35,685 nucleotides of DNA from a bacterium (GCA_003645085.1 QNEE01000003.1:1-35685); one strand, 5' to 3'. Positions 9,692-18,343 are shown, counted from the stretch's first letter. Translations and numbers: made by a program. The notes: generated by a model from the sequence alone, not told the origin.

Positions 9692-10507
9692 ATGAGAAAA
9701 TTCATTATTCTCGCTATTTTAACGATGCTTGTCGGGGCGATTGTTATCGGTATCGCCTGCACTAATAGCACAGATATTCCGGTCGAACCTCAAAATCCGG
9801 ATGTACCTCCGGTATCGAGTATGAGAATATGTATGACCACCTTTCCGAGTATGGAACGTGCGCGTGTAGCCGAGCATTGCGAGCATTTCGAGGCGGCATT
9901 CGTAATCGTAACCGTATGGGTAACTATAACGGAAGCTGCGTTTCTTATACCGCGGCTTGTCTTCGCTTTAGCGCTAACACAGACACCGGAATATGAAGGA
10001 GATTCTACGTGGTGCTGGACGCTCGGCGTCGATACTAACAACGTAAAGCTATACGCTCAACTTCTTCCGACTGACAGTGTCGATTGGGCTATGCACGTTA
10101 CGAATAACGAACTGGACGACTTTTTATGGTATACCGGTCGTTGCGATTTTCACGCCACAGGAGGTTGGTGGGAATTCTACGACCCGAATTTACCAGCCGA
10201 TTCTAATACCGTTATTTTTGCAGATTGGGAGAAGGACACCGACGATACAACCGCGCACTTTACAATTGTTAATGAGAATATTTACGATGTCGACGGTGCC
10301 GGCGATACTCTTAGATATCAGCTTTATGGAACAATCGCCGAGGTGGTTGTCCACGATGTCTGTGGCGCACAGGTGGAACGGTGGACTATTAACTGGGATA
10401 TAAACGACGGTTTCGGTCGAATAATTTATCCCGATTACTCTGAGGGTTGCTGGGACGAGTGGCTGGAATGTATCGATTGCGACAGCCTCTCTTTTCCGAC
10501 CTACTAA
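9692..10507 (+). CDS. Hypothetical lipoprotein
   Basis: Signal peptide with lipobox-like GIAC; acidic and Trp/Cys-rich; has its own promoter and terminator. Confidence 0.75.
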   Translation: MRKFIILAILTMLVGAIVIGIACTNSTDIPVEPQNPDVPPVSSMRICMTTFPSMERARVAEHCEHFEAAFVIVTVWVTITEAAFLIPRLVFALALTQTPEYEGDSTWCWTLGVDTNNVKLYAQLLPTDSVDWAMHVTNNELDDFLWYTGRCDFHATGGWWEFYDPNLPADSNTVIFADWEKDTDDTTAHFTIVNENIYDVDGAGDTLRYQLYGTIAEVVVHDVCGAQVERWTINWDINDGFGRIIYPDYSEGCWDEWLECIDCDSLSFPTY

Positions 10508-10525
10508 AAACCAAAGTTATTGGAT

Positions 10526-10554
10526 AAAAAAGCCCGGCAGAACCCGGGCTTTTT
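10526..10554. terminator. Bidirectional rho-independent terminator
   Basis: AAAAAAGCCCGG-cagaac-CCGGGCTTTTT between convergent genes. Confidence 0.85.
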
Positions 10555-10571
10555 GTGTTTTGATATAGATG

Positions 10572-10934
10572 TTAATCCCCCTCATCTATCATTTCATCTA
10601 TTTCCTCCATCGGCGAATACCCCACGACATCAGCGTGAGCTTGAAGATGCGCACGCTCGTTTTCCTCGATAAACTTGATGAAACTCTCTTTAAGATTCTG
10701 CCAGAGAGTATCGTCAGGGAAACAACCGATTTCCTCGAGAATTTCTTCTATATGTGCGTAATCCGTTTCTTCGAGGTCGTAGACGATATATAACACCCCT
10801 TTTTCTTCATCGAATTTCGCAGAGATTATACCTTCGGTTTTTGATAAAAATCCCGGCAGTTCGTCGATATCGCATTCTATTCGGGAGAAATCGTGAACGC
10901 TAATCGCGCGCCTCTTTATAGTATCCTCCGACAC
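10572..10934 (-). CDS. HMA-like (heavy-metal-associated fold) small protein
   Basis: 'L.KTEGIISA.FD.....L.IVYD......IEEILEEIG' pattern; no CxxC; RBS GGAGG. Confidence 0.6.
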   Translation of the reverse strand: MSEDTIKRRAISVHDFSRIECDIDELPGFLSKTEGIISAKFDEEKGVLYIVYDLEETDYAHIEEILEEIGCFPDDTLWQNLKESFIKFIEENERAHLQAHADVVGYSPMEEIDEMIDEGD

Positions 10935-11396
10935 CTATTCTACCTCCTTTTCTGGGTTTTCTTCGGGAATAAATTCCTGAATCAATATTGCGAGAATAAC
11001 GGCGTGCCGTGTCGCTCGTGTAGCTGCAGCCTCGAGAGTAGCGGCGAATTCCTTTTCATCTCCTCCTTCTATAGATTTCGCCCAGGCGAGTTTCGCCTCG
11101 CTGTATTCTTTGAGTTGATTTAACGCAAAAGTCGCCATATATGCATCCTCGATGATTGCGGTCTTAATCGGCTCGAGGTCTATCTCCTCTTCTTCGGCAA
11201 CACCCTCGATACTCTCGAATGTGAATTCAACATCGATGCTGTCAAATAATCCATCACAGGCTTCCAGCAGCGGCAAAGCGACTTCGTATATCTCGATTGC
11301 GACGGCTTCCCCCGCCGTGAAAGGTTCTACTTCGATTTCGGCGGCGGGAATTATTGCTGCCAACATTAACGAACATACTACGAATATCTTTATCAT
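10935..11396 (-). CDS. Hypothetical secreted acidic helical protein
   Basis: N-terminal signal peptide; translationally coupled within the operon; RBS GGAGG. Confidence 0.65.
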   Translation of the reverse strand: MIKIFVVCSLMLAAIIPAAEIEVEPFTAGEAVAIEIYEVALPLLEACDGLFDSIDVEFTFESIEGVAEEEEIDLEPIKTAIIEDAYMATFALNQLKEYSEAKLAWAKSIEGGDEKEFAATLEAAATRATRHAVILAILIQEFIPEENPEKEVE

Positions 11397-12172
11397 CGGC
11401 CCTCCTGTAGTTGATATTCCAAAAGTGGTTTTAGATTTTTGGCAACCCTCGCTGCCAGCGCTTTTTCGGCCTGTTTAAGTTGTTCGACCGAATTAATGCC
11501 GAGTATTTCTGCGTTGTCTTCTGCCGCCATTGCAGCTACAATCTTGTTCTCTTTTTTAAGAACTTCTATAACATCGGTCAGGTAGAATTCGCCCTGCATA
11601 TTATCCATATCGACCTTTTCCAGTGCAGGCCACAAATCGTTCGCTTCGAAAATATATGTTCCGCTATTGACCTCGGCGATTGCACGAATTTCCTCGTCTG
11701 CGTCGGCGAACTCGACTATTCGTTCCAGATTTCCCGAGGTGTCTCGGATTATCCGGCCATACTGCGCGGGGTCGTCGAGAACCGCTGTCAGCACTGTAGC
11801 CGATGCAGTTTTATCGATGTGGTGCTTTAACAAAGCTTCGATAGTCTCTGTTCTAAGAAGCGGAGTATCACCACATATTACGATTATCTGACCGCCGAAT
11901 CCCATAAATGGGCCGTGCGCCGAGAGAACGGCGTCCGCGGTCCCGCGCTGCCTTTCCTGAACACAGAATATGACGCGTTCGCCTTTAAGATGAGATATAA
12001 CCTGCTCCATTCTATTGCCGACGACAACGGCTATTTTCGCCGGCTGGAGCTTGCGGACAGTCTCGATAACGTAATCGACCATAGGTCTTCCGGCCAACCT
12101 ATGAAGGACTTTCGCTTTATCGCTCTTCATCCGCTTCCCGGCCCCTGCGGCGAGTATTATTACTCCGAGCAA
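11393..12172 (-). CDS. glmU: GlmU-like nucleotidyltransferase (uridyltransferase domain only)
   Basis: ILAAGAGKRMKS, KVLH, GTADAV, GDTPL, YGRI, EVNSG and EFYLTD motifs; no left-handed beta-helix acetyltransferase domain. Confidence 0.85.
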   Translation of the reverse strand: MLGVIILAAGAGKRMKSDKAKVLHRLAGRPMVDYVIETVRKLQPAKIAVVVGNRMEQVISHLKGERVIFCVQERQRGTADAVLSAHGPFMGFGGQIIVICGDTPLLRTETIEALLKHHIDKTASATVLTAVLDDPAQYGRIIRDTSGNLERIVEFADADEEIRAIAEVNSGTYIFEANDLWPALEKVDMDNMQGEFYLTDVIEVLKKENKIVAAMAAEDNAEILGINSVEQLKQAEKALAARVAKNLKPLLEYQLQEGR

Positions 12173-12176
12173 AAGG

Positions 12177-12527
12177 TTATCCCCTCTCTACCAGTCGGTT
12201 GTTATCATCGACAAAAACGACCTTCGGCGGGCCGACCTCAGACGTTTCACCGATAGCGTATGATAAAACCATTATTTTGTCTCCGGGCATCCCTTTGCGA
12301 GCGGCAGGGCCGTTAAGCAGTATTTCGCCAGTTTCGGGTGCGCCTTCTATCACGTATGTTTCGAGCCTCTCGCCGTTATTCAAGTTAACTACCTGAACCT
12401 TCTCCCCGGCCTTGATATCTGCGGCTTCCATTAATTCCGGGGGCAAAGTTATACTGCCCTCGTAATCGAGTTCCAACCCTGTTATCGTAGCATTCGATAT
12501 CTTTGTTCTACACCATATTCTAAACAT
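12177..12527 (-). CDS. panD: Aspartate 1-decarboxylase
   Basis: YEG/SIT self-cleavage site, NGERLETYVI, LNGPAAR. Confidence 0.92.
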   Translation of the reverse strand: MFRIWCRTKISNATITGLELDYEGSITLPPELMEAADIKAGEKVQVVNLNNGERLETYVIEGAPETGEILLNGPAARKGMPGDKIMVLSYAIGETSEVGPPKVVFVDDNNRLVERG

Positions 12528-12528
12528 T

Positions 12529-13578
12529 CTACACCTCCGTATTCAAATATTCTCTGAAAAGGTCAGCCCTATGAGTATCCATAATAACCCGGTTACCTTC
12601 TCCTGTAATCACCTTCAGATGTGCCGGTTGTCCCACTACAAAAAGCTCCGTAGCGGACATAACATCTATAGTGTCGTTCAGGATGCCTTCGGCGGCACCC
12701 AATCTAAGGGCGTTGGCAAGCGCATAGCCCTCCTGGCAGGCTATCATCCGGGCGTGAGTAAGAACCCCTATTCCTCTTAATATCCTATCCTCTATCTGAT
12801 AACGAGCCTGCGTCATAAGTGAATCCCGTGCTTCGTATTCTTTCTCTATCAGTCCTTCTATCATATTTTGCGCCGATGTAAGTATCTCTTCCTCGTCGAT
12901 TCCAAGGGTATGCGCGGTCTGTATCACAAAGAGATGCCCATCGGAACTCATTGCTTCGTCGGCAACAGACCTTAAAACGGACCCGGTTTTTAATAGGCTC
13001 TCCCTCAGATTTCTAAAGCCGTTAGAGAAAATCACTCCCGGTATATGCACCAGGAACCTGAGCATCAAGCCGGTTCCGCATTCTGCGGGTTTCGCCGTAA
13101 GGAAACCGTAACGGTCGGAATAGGCGAAAGGTAAACATTGCTGGAGTTCCTCCTCGATATTTCGGGCATTGCGATACGCTGTTTCTATGTTACTACCGGC
13201 AATTGCGAAACGGAAACGGAGGTAATCGGTGGTATTCAGACAAAGCCAGCTTGCCTCGTTTTCGGTTAAAAACAACCCGGTTCCGCGAGAGCGTTTCAAT
13301 AACTCCGACGGTGCGCTCATCCGCTCCGTCAAGTATTTACGTTCAGCGCCGTCTAAAGCGTCGGTTTCCCAGAAACGGTAGTCGGAAAAAAGCTCTCCGG
13401 TTGCATCGACAAACTGGCGGCGTGTTTTCTTAAGGTCGTCGACCTTGAGTCTGTCTGGAAACGGACTCCCGACCAGATTGCGGATATACAAGGCCTCGGA
13501 GGCAATAACGACCTCGAAATTATCTCCGCCCGTTGAAATCCAGTCGGGCAATCTCGGTGGATAGTTTTTTTCTATCAA
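12529..13578 (-). CDS. mcsB: McsB-like ATP:guanido phosphotransferase family protein with degenerate catalytic motifs
   Basis: Overall similarity to McsB (RNL..PFP, GFLT..P...GTG, TLG.DEEEI, EDR..R..G.L..AR, QPAHL, RA) directly after mcsA; the NEEDH and TxCP motifs are altered. Confidence 0.8.
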   Translation of the reverse strand: MIEKNYPPRLPDWISTGGDNFEVVIASEALYIRNLVGSPFPDRLKVDDLKKTRRQFVDATGELFSDYRFWETDALDGAERKYLTERMSAPSELLKRSRGTGLFLTENEASWLCLNTTDYLRFRFAIAGSNIETAYRNARNIEEELQQCLPFAYSDRYGFLTAKPAECGTGLMLRFLVHIPGVIFSNGFRNLRESLLKTGSVLRSVADEAMSSDGHLFVIQTAHTLGIDEEEILTSAQNMIEGLIEKEYEARDSLMTQARYQIEDRILRGIGVLTHARMIACQEGYALANALRLGAAEGILNDTIDVMSATELFVVGQPAHLKVITGEGNRVIMDTHRADLFREYLNTEV

Positions 13579-14042
13579 TTATTATCCTTCTCGATTCGCC
13601 TAATCTCGTCGCGCAGCTCGGCCGCTTTCTCGAAATCCTCCGCTTCGACCGCTCCGAACAATTTCCACTTAAGTTGCGCTATATCGAACTCGCGCTCCTT
13701 ACCGGGGCCTCTTCCGCGATGAAAACTGGTTGAATGAAGCCCTTTGAGTATGTCGGCTAGTTGCTTATCGAACGCCGAATAACACACCGGGCAACCAAGA
13801 AGTCCCGTTTTAAGAAACTGCGAGAAGCCGAGTCTACATTCCGGACAAACCGGGTTAGCCTTTTCGAACCCCAATTCCAGAAGTTTACGTGTCTTTTTTC
13901 GGCTCATCCGGGATTGTTCTTTGAAACCAGCTGTCCGTGCGCATTCCACACAAAGATATCTGACCACTCTTTCTCCGTCGACCATAATAACGCAGCGCAC
14001 TTCTGCAGGGTTTTTCTTACATGCCTGACACTTCTTTTCCAT
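13575..14042 (-). CDS. mcsA: McsA family protein (4x CxxC + UVR domain)
   Basis: CQAC, CVEC, CPEC, LGCPVCY, H.GR.P and AVEAEDFEKAAELRDEIR; ATG at 14042 with RBS GGAG. Confidence 0.88.
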   Translation of the reverse strand: MEKKCQACKKNPAEVRCVIMVDGERVVRYLCVECARTAGFKEQSRMSRKKTRKLLELGFEKANPVCPECRLGFSQFLKTGLLGCPVCYSAFDKQLADILKGLHSTSFHRGRGPGKEREFDIAQLKWKLFGAVEAEDFEKAAELRDEIRRIEKDNN

Positions 14043-14069
14043 AGTTCTCCCTAATATCTGCAAATCGAG

Positions 14070-14753
14070 TTAACCGCCGGTGATATCCTTTATCCCGCCG
14101 CTTTCGAGTAGGAAAACCCTATCCGCTTTCGATGCGAGTTTTCGATTGTGCGTCGCGAGAACGACCGCCAGCCCGTTTTCTTTCGCGAGAGAAAACAGAA
14201 GTTCCGTAAGGTGTTCCGCGCTTTTCATATCCAGATTGCCTGTCGGTTCGTCGGCGAGCAGAACCGACGGGTTACATATTAGCGCACGAGCGAGAGCCAC
14301 TCTTTGTTGCTCCCCTCCGGACAGGGTATTCGGTAAATGGTCCGAACGGTCGATAAGATTCACTTTCGAAAGAAGTTCCTCAGCCTGAACCAAAGCCTTA
14401 CTTTCCGGTATTCCCGCAAGTCTGGCCGGAATAGCGACATTCTCGAGCGCGCTGAATTCGGGGAGCAAATGATGAAATTGAAAAACAAAACCAATCTCGC
14501 TACCACGCAATTTTGCACGCTGCGATTCAGTAAGCATCGACGTCTCCCTGCCGTCGAATAACACATTTCCTTTGTTTGGTGTATCCAGAAGGCCCAGAAG
14601 GTGAAGCAATGTCGATTTCCCGACCCCCGATTCTCCTGTAACAGCTACAATTTGGCCTCGCCCAACAGATATCGAAACACCATCCAGAACCGAAAGCCAG
14701 CGGCTTTCTCCTTCAGGATACCCCTTTTTGATATTTACAGCTTCCAGTATCAA
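14070..14753 (-). CDS. lolD: LolD-like ABC transporter ATP-binding protein
   Basis: GESGVGKSTLLH, IGFVFQFHHLLPEFSALENV, LSGGEQQRVALARAL, LLADEPTGNLD. Confidence 0.85.
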   Translation of the reverse strand: MILEAVNIKKGYPEGESRWLSVLDGVSISVGRGQIVAVTGESGVGKSTLLHLLGLLDTPNKGNVLFDGRETSMLTESQRAKLRGSEIGFVFQFHHLLPEFSALENVAIPARLAGIPESKALVQAEELLSKVNLIDRSDHLPNTLSGGEQQRVALARALICNPSVLLADEPTGNLDMKSAEHLTELLFSLAKENGLAVVLATHNRKLASKADRVFLLESGGIKDITGG

Positions 14754-14761
14754 ATCTTATA

Positions 14762-14790
14762 ATTATATAGAATTAAAATCCGTTTGGCAA
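14762..14790 (-). promoter_or_regulatory. Putative sigma70 promoter of the lolD-mcsA operon
   Basis: TTGCCA-17 bp-TATAAT, ending 8 nt before the TTG start. Confidence 0.6.
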
Positions 14791-14933
14791 GAATCAAATT
14801 GAAAAGAATATCTTCGAAAAAATAGTCCCATAAAGAATTATTTTAAAACACCGTATTCCGCGGATTCAATCGAAGCAACAGAAATTTCCGAAATGCCCGA
14901 CCTTTACGGTCTCCCTACGTATTCTCTCACGTC

Positions 14934-15033
14934 GCTGGCGCGAGGGTGGTCTTCGGGATATTTGTGGGGAATCCGTGCTTCCGATATATAGTTTCAATAG
15001 ACCTTGTGAGGAACTCGCACGGAGCGTGCCAGC
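14934..15033 (+). repeat. 100-bp structured element, copy 1 (REPIN/MITE-like or ncRNA)
   Basis: Reverse complement of 33468-33567 with 4 mismatches; terminal IR GCTGGCGCG/CGTGCCAGC; internal TCCGTGC/GCACGGA stem and a cTTCGg hairpin. Confidence 0.9.
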
Positions 15034-15152
15034 GACCGAGAGACCTAAAAAAACCCATAGCAAATAGCTTGTGACTGAAGGAAATCCCAAGATAATCGAA
15101 TGGAGCGAGGATACCGGTTGGAACAACTGGGCATTCGTAACTGCTACCGCGA

Positions 15153-16259
15153 CTATTCGACTAATAATAACCGTCTTGTCGAACGCCGACCGTCAGCAAA
15201 GAGCGTGAAAAGATACATCCCTGTCGGGAGTTTCCGGGCAAAATCGTCTCTGCCGTCCCATATTATATTATAATCACCACAGACTAACCGCTCGGGTTCG
15301 GCGTGCTTTACAACACGACCGCTCAGATTATAAATATTCCAGCTAACATACCGCTCGCGGCCCATAATTTCGAAAGGAACGGTAACGCGTGAATTAAACG
15401 GATTCGGTCTCGGCAGTCCTATCGAGAAAAATTCCGGATTAAAATCCCGCTTTTCTTCTATCCCGAAACCCGGATAACCACCCCCATAATATGTTTGCAC
15501 GATATACCAGTCATAACCGGAGAGGTTTATTGAATTCCATCGTATAGCTATCGCCAAATCGCTTAGAGGGAATCCGGGCAATATATTTAGCGGCCATTCA
15601 TCGGTTTCTAACAAAGAAGCGTCGGCAAAAGCCACAATATCAGGGTAAAGCATCGAACTTCCGAACGGAACGCCCTGAGCCAGCGCGAATGTCGTATCTT
15701 GATGGATAGAGTTCTCGTATAATGTCCAATAAGCCGGTATATCCGCGTCTGTAAACCTTTGTGAAGTCGTCTCGACACCGGTTGCAAATTCCAATACCGG
15801 GTTATCGTTTACCCCCACCCGGGGGTCTATATAGAGTAAAAAACCGACAGAATGCGAATCCGGGGAATCGTTATAAGCCAAAAACTCTATATCACAAAAG
15901 GCATCTAGAGACTCCTCGGGCATTAAATAGAATTTCTCCCAGATTCGAATCGGGTCGCGAATCCACTGGATTGACATAAAAAAATCCTCGACAACGCGCC
16001 CGGTATCCAGAAGAGTGAAGGAGGTGCCCAGACCGGGACGGTTAGAAAGGGTAACACCGTCTATATGCGCGATAAAATGTGCGCCGGTTACCTCTGTCGG
16101 GAATCCATCGATATAGGGAGTTCCGTCCGGTTTCCCGATACCAAAACGTCCTTCTACATCGTCCATAACTACTTTAACCCATCCGTTATCGATTTCGATA
16201 AGTTCGGCGGGAACAGTCAGCACAAGGAAAATCAATGTGATTATAACAATTCTAAACAC
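15153..16259 (-). CDS. Secreted protein with C-terminal T9SS type-A/FlgD-Ig-like sorting domain
   Basis: Signal peptide; C-terminal GIEE...PRPNPFN...IYNLSGRVVK...WDGRDD...LPTGMY; GTG start with RBS AAGGA. Confidence 0.8.
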   Translation of the reverse strand: MFRIVIITLIFLVLTVPAELIEIDNGWVKVVMDDVEGRFGIGKPDGTPYIDGFPTEVTGAHFIAHIDGVTLSNRPGLGTSFTLLDTGRVVEDFFMSIQWIRDPIRIWEKFYLMPEESLDAFCDIEFLAYNDSPDSHSVGFLLYIDPRVGVNDNPVLEFATGVETTSQRFTDADIPAYWTLYENSIHQDTTFALAQGVPFGSSMLYPDIVAFADASLLETDEWPLNILPGFPLSDLAIAIRWNSINLSGYDWYIVQTYYGGGYPGFGIEEKRDFNPEFFSIGLPRPNPFNSRVTVPFEIMGRERYVSWNIYNLSGRVVKHAEPERLVCGDYNIIWDGRDDFARKLPTGMYLFTLFADGRRSTRRLLLVE

Positions 16260-16288
16260 CGTTATCCTTTAACCGGTTAAACAATGGT

Positions 16289-16316
16289 AAAATATAAAAC
16301 GTTTATTATGTGTCAA
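16289..16316 (-). promoter_or_regulatory. Putative sigma70 promoter
   Basis: TTGACA-16 bp-TATTTT. Confidence 0.45.
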
Positions 16317-16323
16317 TCGGTTT

Positions 16324-17526
16324 TTACCCGTTTTTCAAGCGGAGGACTACTCTGTTAATGATTACGCGCGCGAGTTCGTTTTTCGAAACCAGAGGGATAT
16401 TCTCTTCTTCCTCGGCAGTAATTAGGACTCCCGAATTGGTCTCCGCGGCGAAACCCGTGCCCTTATCTTTCGGGTTATTGACGAAAATCATATCGAGGTT
16501 TTTTGCTGCCAGTTTTTTTCGCGCGTTTTCCACCTCGTTTTCTGTCTCGACAGCGAATCCAACCAACAGCTTATTCCCCTTATTTTGTCCCAGACTAAAA
16601 AGTATATCCTCTGTCGGTTTAAGCTCTATAGCCAGGGCTTCGCGTCCGGATTTCTTAAGCTTACCTTCGTGCTTATCGACAGTCCAATCCGCCACCGCTG
16701 CGGCCATAATTATTATATCCGCGTCCTCGAAATGAGTTTTAACTGCTTCGCTCATCTCCGCCGCTGAGGTAACCGGTATCGAATATACAGCATCGGGAGG
16801 CTCCAGTCCGGTTTGCCCGTATATAAGAATAACTTGTGCATCCATACTCGAAGCAACTTCGGCTAACGCGAACCCCATTTTTCCCGTGGATGGATTCGAC
16901 AGAAAACGGACGTCGTCGATATATTCTCGTGTAGGCCCGGCGGTTACGACTACTTTCTTTCCAGATAAAGGTCCCGGGATAGCAAGTATCTCCTCGATAG
17001 TCCGGTAGATTTCGTCTATTTCTGCCAACCTTCCTTCACCGCTATCGCCGCTGGCAAGTTCGCCCACTCCCGGCCCCACGAACCTCACACCATGCTTACG
17101 CAAAGCCTTGATATTAGCCTGAACGGAAGCATCGTTCCACATACGGTTGTTCATCGCCGGTGCGATAACCACCGGGACGTCCATTGCGAGATAACTCGTG
17201 GAAAGTAGGTCGTCGGCAATTCCAGACGCAGCTTTCCCGATAAAATTCGCTGTCGCCGGCGCAACGACAAACAGGTCAGCCCAATCGGAAAGGTTTATAT
17301 GACTCATCGGGCTTTCGCGTTTATCGGGAAACATCTCTACATAAACTGCGTTTCCGGTCAATGTTTCGAACAACGTCGGCCGAACCAGTTCTGTCGCATG
17401 CTCGGTCATAATCGCACGGACTTTTGCGCCGCTTTTGACGAGTATCCTTACGAGTTCGCAGGCCTTATATATTGCCACCGAAGCGGTAACGCCCAAAACT
17501 ACATGTTTGCCGGTTAACTTACTCAT
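16324..17526 (-). CDS. coaBC: Bifunctional phosphopantothenoylcysteine decarboxylase / phosphopantothenate-cysteine ligase
   Basis: APATAN, PAMNNRMW, TAGPTRE.IDDVRFLSNPSTGKMG, AAAVAD, VGFAVET; likely start is the ATG at 17526 (MSKLTGK). Confidence 0.95.
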   Translation of the reverse strand: MSKLTGKHVVLGVTASVAIYKACELVRILVKSGAKVRAIMTEHATELVRPTLFETLTGNAVYVEMFPDKRESPMSHINLSDWADLFVVAPATANFIGKAASGIADDLLSTSYLAMDVPVVIAPAMNNRMWNDASVQANIKALRKHGVRFVGPGVGELASGDSGEGRLAEIDEIYRTIEEILAIPGPLSGKKVVVTAGPTREYIDDVRFLSNPSTGKMGFALAEVASSMDAQVILIYGQTGLEPPDAVYSIPVTSAAEMSEAVKTHFEDADIIIMAAAVADWTVDKHEGKLKKSGREALAIELKPTEDILFSLGQNKGNKLLVGFAVETENEVENARKKLAAKNLDMIFVNNPKDKGTGFAAETNSGVLITAEEEENIPLVSKNELARVIINRVVLRLKNG

Positions 17527-17528
17527 TT

Positions 17529-18032
17529 TTATACATCTTTCCGGTCTTCGAAATCCTCCAGCTCGCGTAGTTTCTGGCATCGAATACAGGCATCGGGCAA
17601 AATACCGTCCTTAAGATAACGATGGAACATCCGCAGCCATTCTGGTTTTTTATTCTCGGCATCGACGAAATGCACGAAGGCGGCGAACCTCGCGGTCGTT
17701 TCAGGGCCTATAGCATGCTCGAGGAGGCAGGCTTCTTTGTCCGCTATTCCGGACGGCACGCCGAGTATATCGCATAAGAACTCGTTAAAAAGGCCGTGTC
17801 GTAAAGCTATGGTTTTCGCTATTTCCCGCCCTTTTTCTGTAAGTCTAACATCGCCGTATGGTTCATGGGTAACCAATCCGATTTCCGTAAGTTTGCCGAC
17901 AATCTGCGTTACGGATGGACGCGAAACACCCATCAACCGCGCGATATCGCTAATCCGCGCACGTCTGCCGCCATCGAGCAAGTTCCCGATGATTTCGAGA
18001 TAATCCTCGAGGTTTGTTGACAGGCGATTCAT
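17529..18032 (-). CDS. DtxR/MntR family metal-dependent transcriptional regulator
   Basis: LEDYLEII, ARISDIA...GVSRPSVT, LTEKGREIA, RH and EACLLEH motifs. Confidence 0.9.
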   Translation of the reverse strand: MNRLSTNLEDYLEIIGNLLDGGRRARISDIARLMGVSRPSVTQIVGKLTEIGLVTHEPYGDVRLTEKGREIAKTIALRHGLFNEFLCDILGVPSGIADKEACLLEHAIGPETTARFAAFVHFVDAENKKPEWLRMFHRYLKDGILPDACIRCQKLRELEDFEDRKDV

Positions 18033-18039
18033 AGGTATT

Positions 18040-18068
18040 AATTTAAGCATTTAACGCCACGATGTCAA
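18040..18068 (-). promoter_or_regulatory. Putative sigma70 promoter (leaderless) of the DtxR-coaBC operon
   Basis: TTGACA-17 bp-TAAATT, then 7 nt to the ATG; no SD sequence. Confidence 0.6.
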
Positions 18069-18161
18069 ATAGATTGAGAATTTTCTCGCGGAAATTTGGG
18101 GATTGCGAGTTCACTGATTAGCACAGATTAAAGCCGTTACCGCACCATTATCTATTACCTC

Positions 18162-18190
18162 TTGCAAACCGAAATCTGGTTAATTATCTT
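18162..18190 (+). promoter_or_regulatory. Putative sigma70 promoter
   Basis: TTGCAA-17 bp-TATCTT. Confidence 0.45.
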
Positions 18191-18227
18191 TATCTATGAA
18201 TAAATCCTGCAAAATAGACGAATTATA

Positions 18228-18343
18228 TGTCATTGCGAGAACGTAGCGATAAAGCAACCTCGATAAATTAACCAGACAATAAGATTAAGTTGTCGCGCTA
18301 CAACCGATTGGGGTTTATCCAAAGACCCTTCCGGACAATGACA
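18228..18343. repeat. GTCATTGCGAG-type palindromic element, copy 2 (degenerate)
   Basis: TGTCATTGCGAG...AGCGA...GCAAC...ACCAGACAATAA...GTTG...CAATGACA; shares ACCAGACAATAA with 9225-9372. Confidence 0.65.

Noticed and set aside
14990-15000. GTTTCAAT / ATTGAAAC, typical of CRISPR repeat ends, inside the 100-bp element
   Set aside because: There is one occurrence per locus, no repeat-spacer periodicity and no cas genes.
14866-15126. 86-aa minus-strand ORF across the repeat element
   Set aside because: It has no RBS or family motif, and the equivalent frame is not kept around copy 2.
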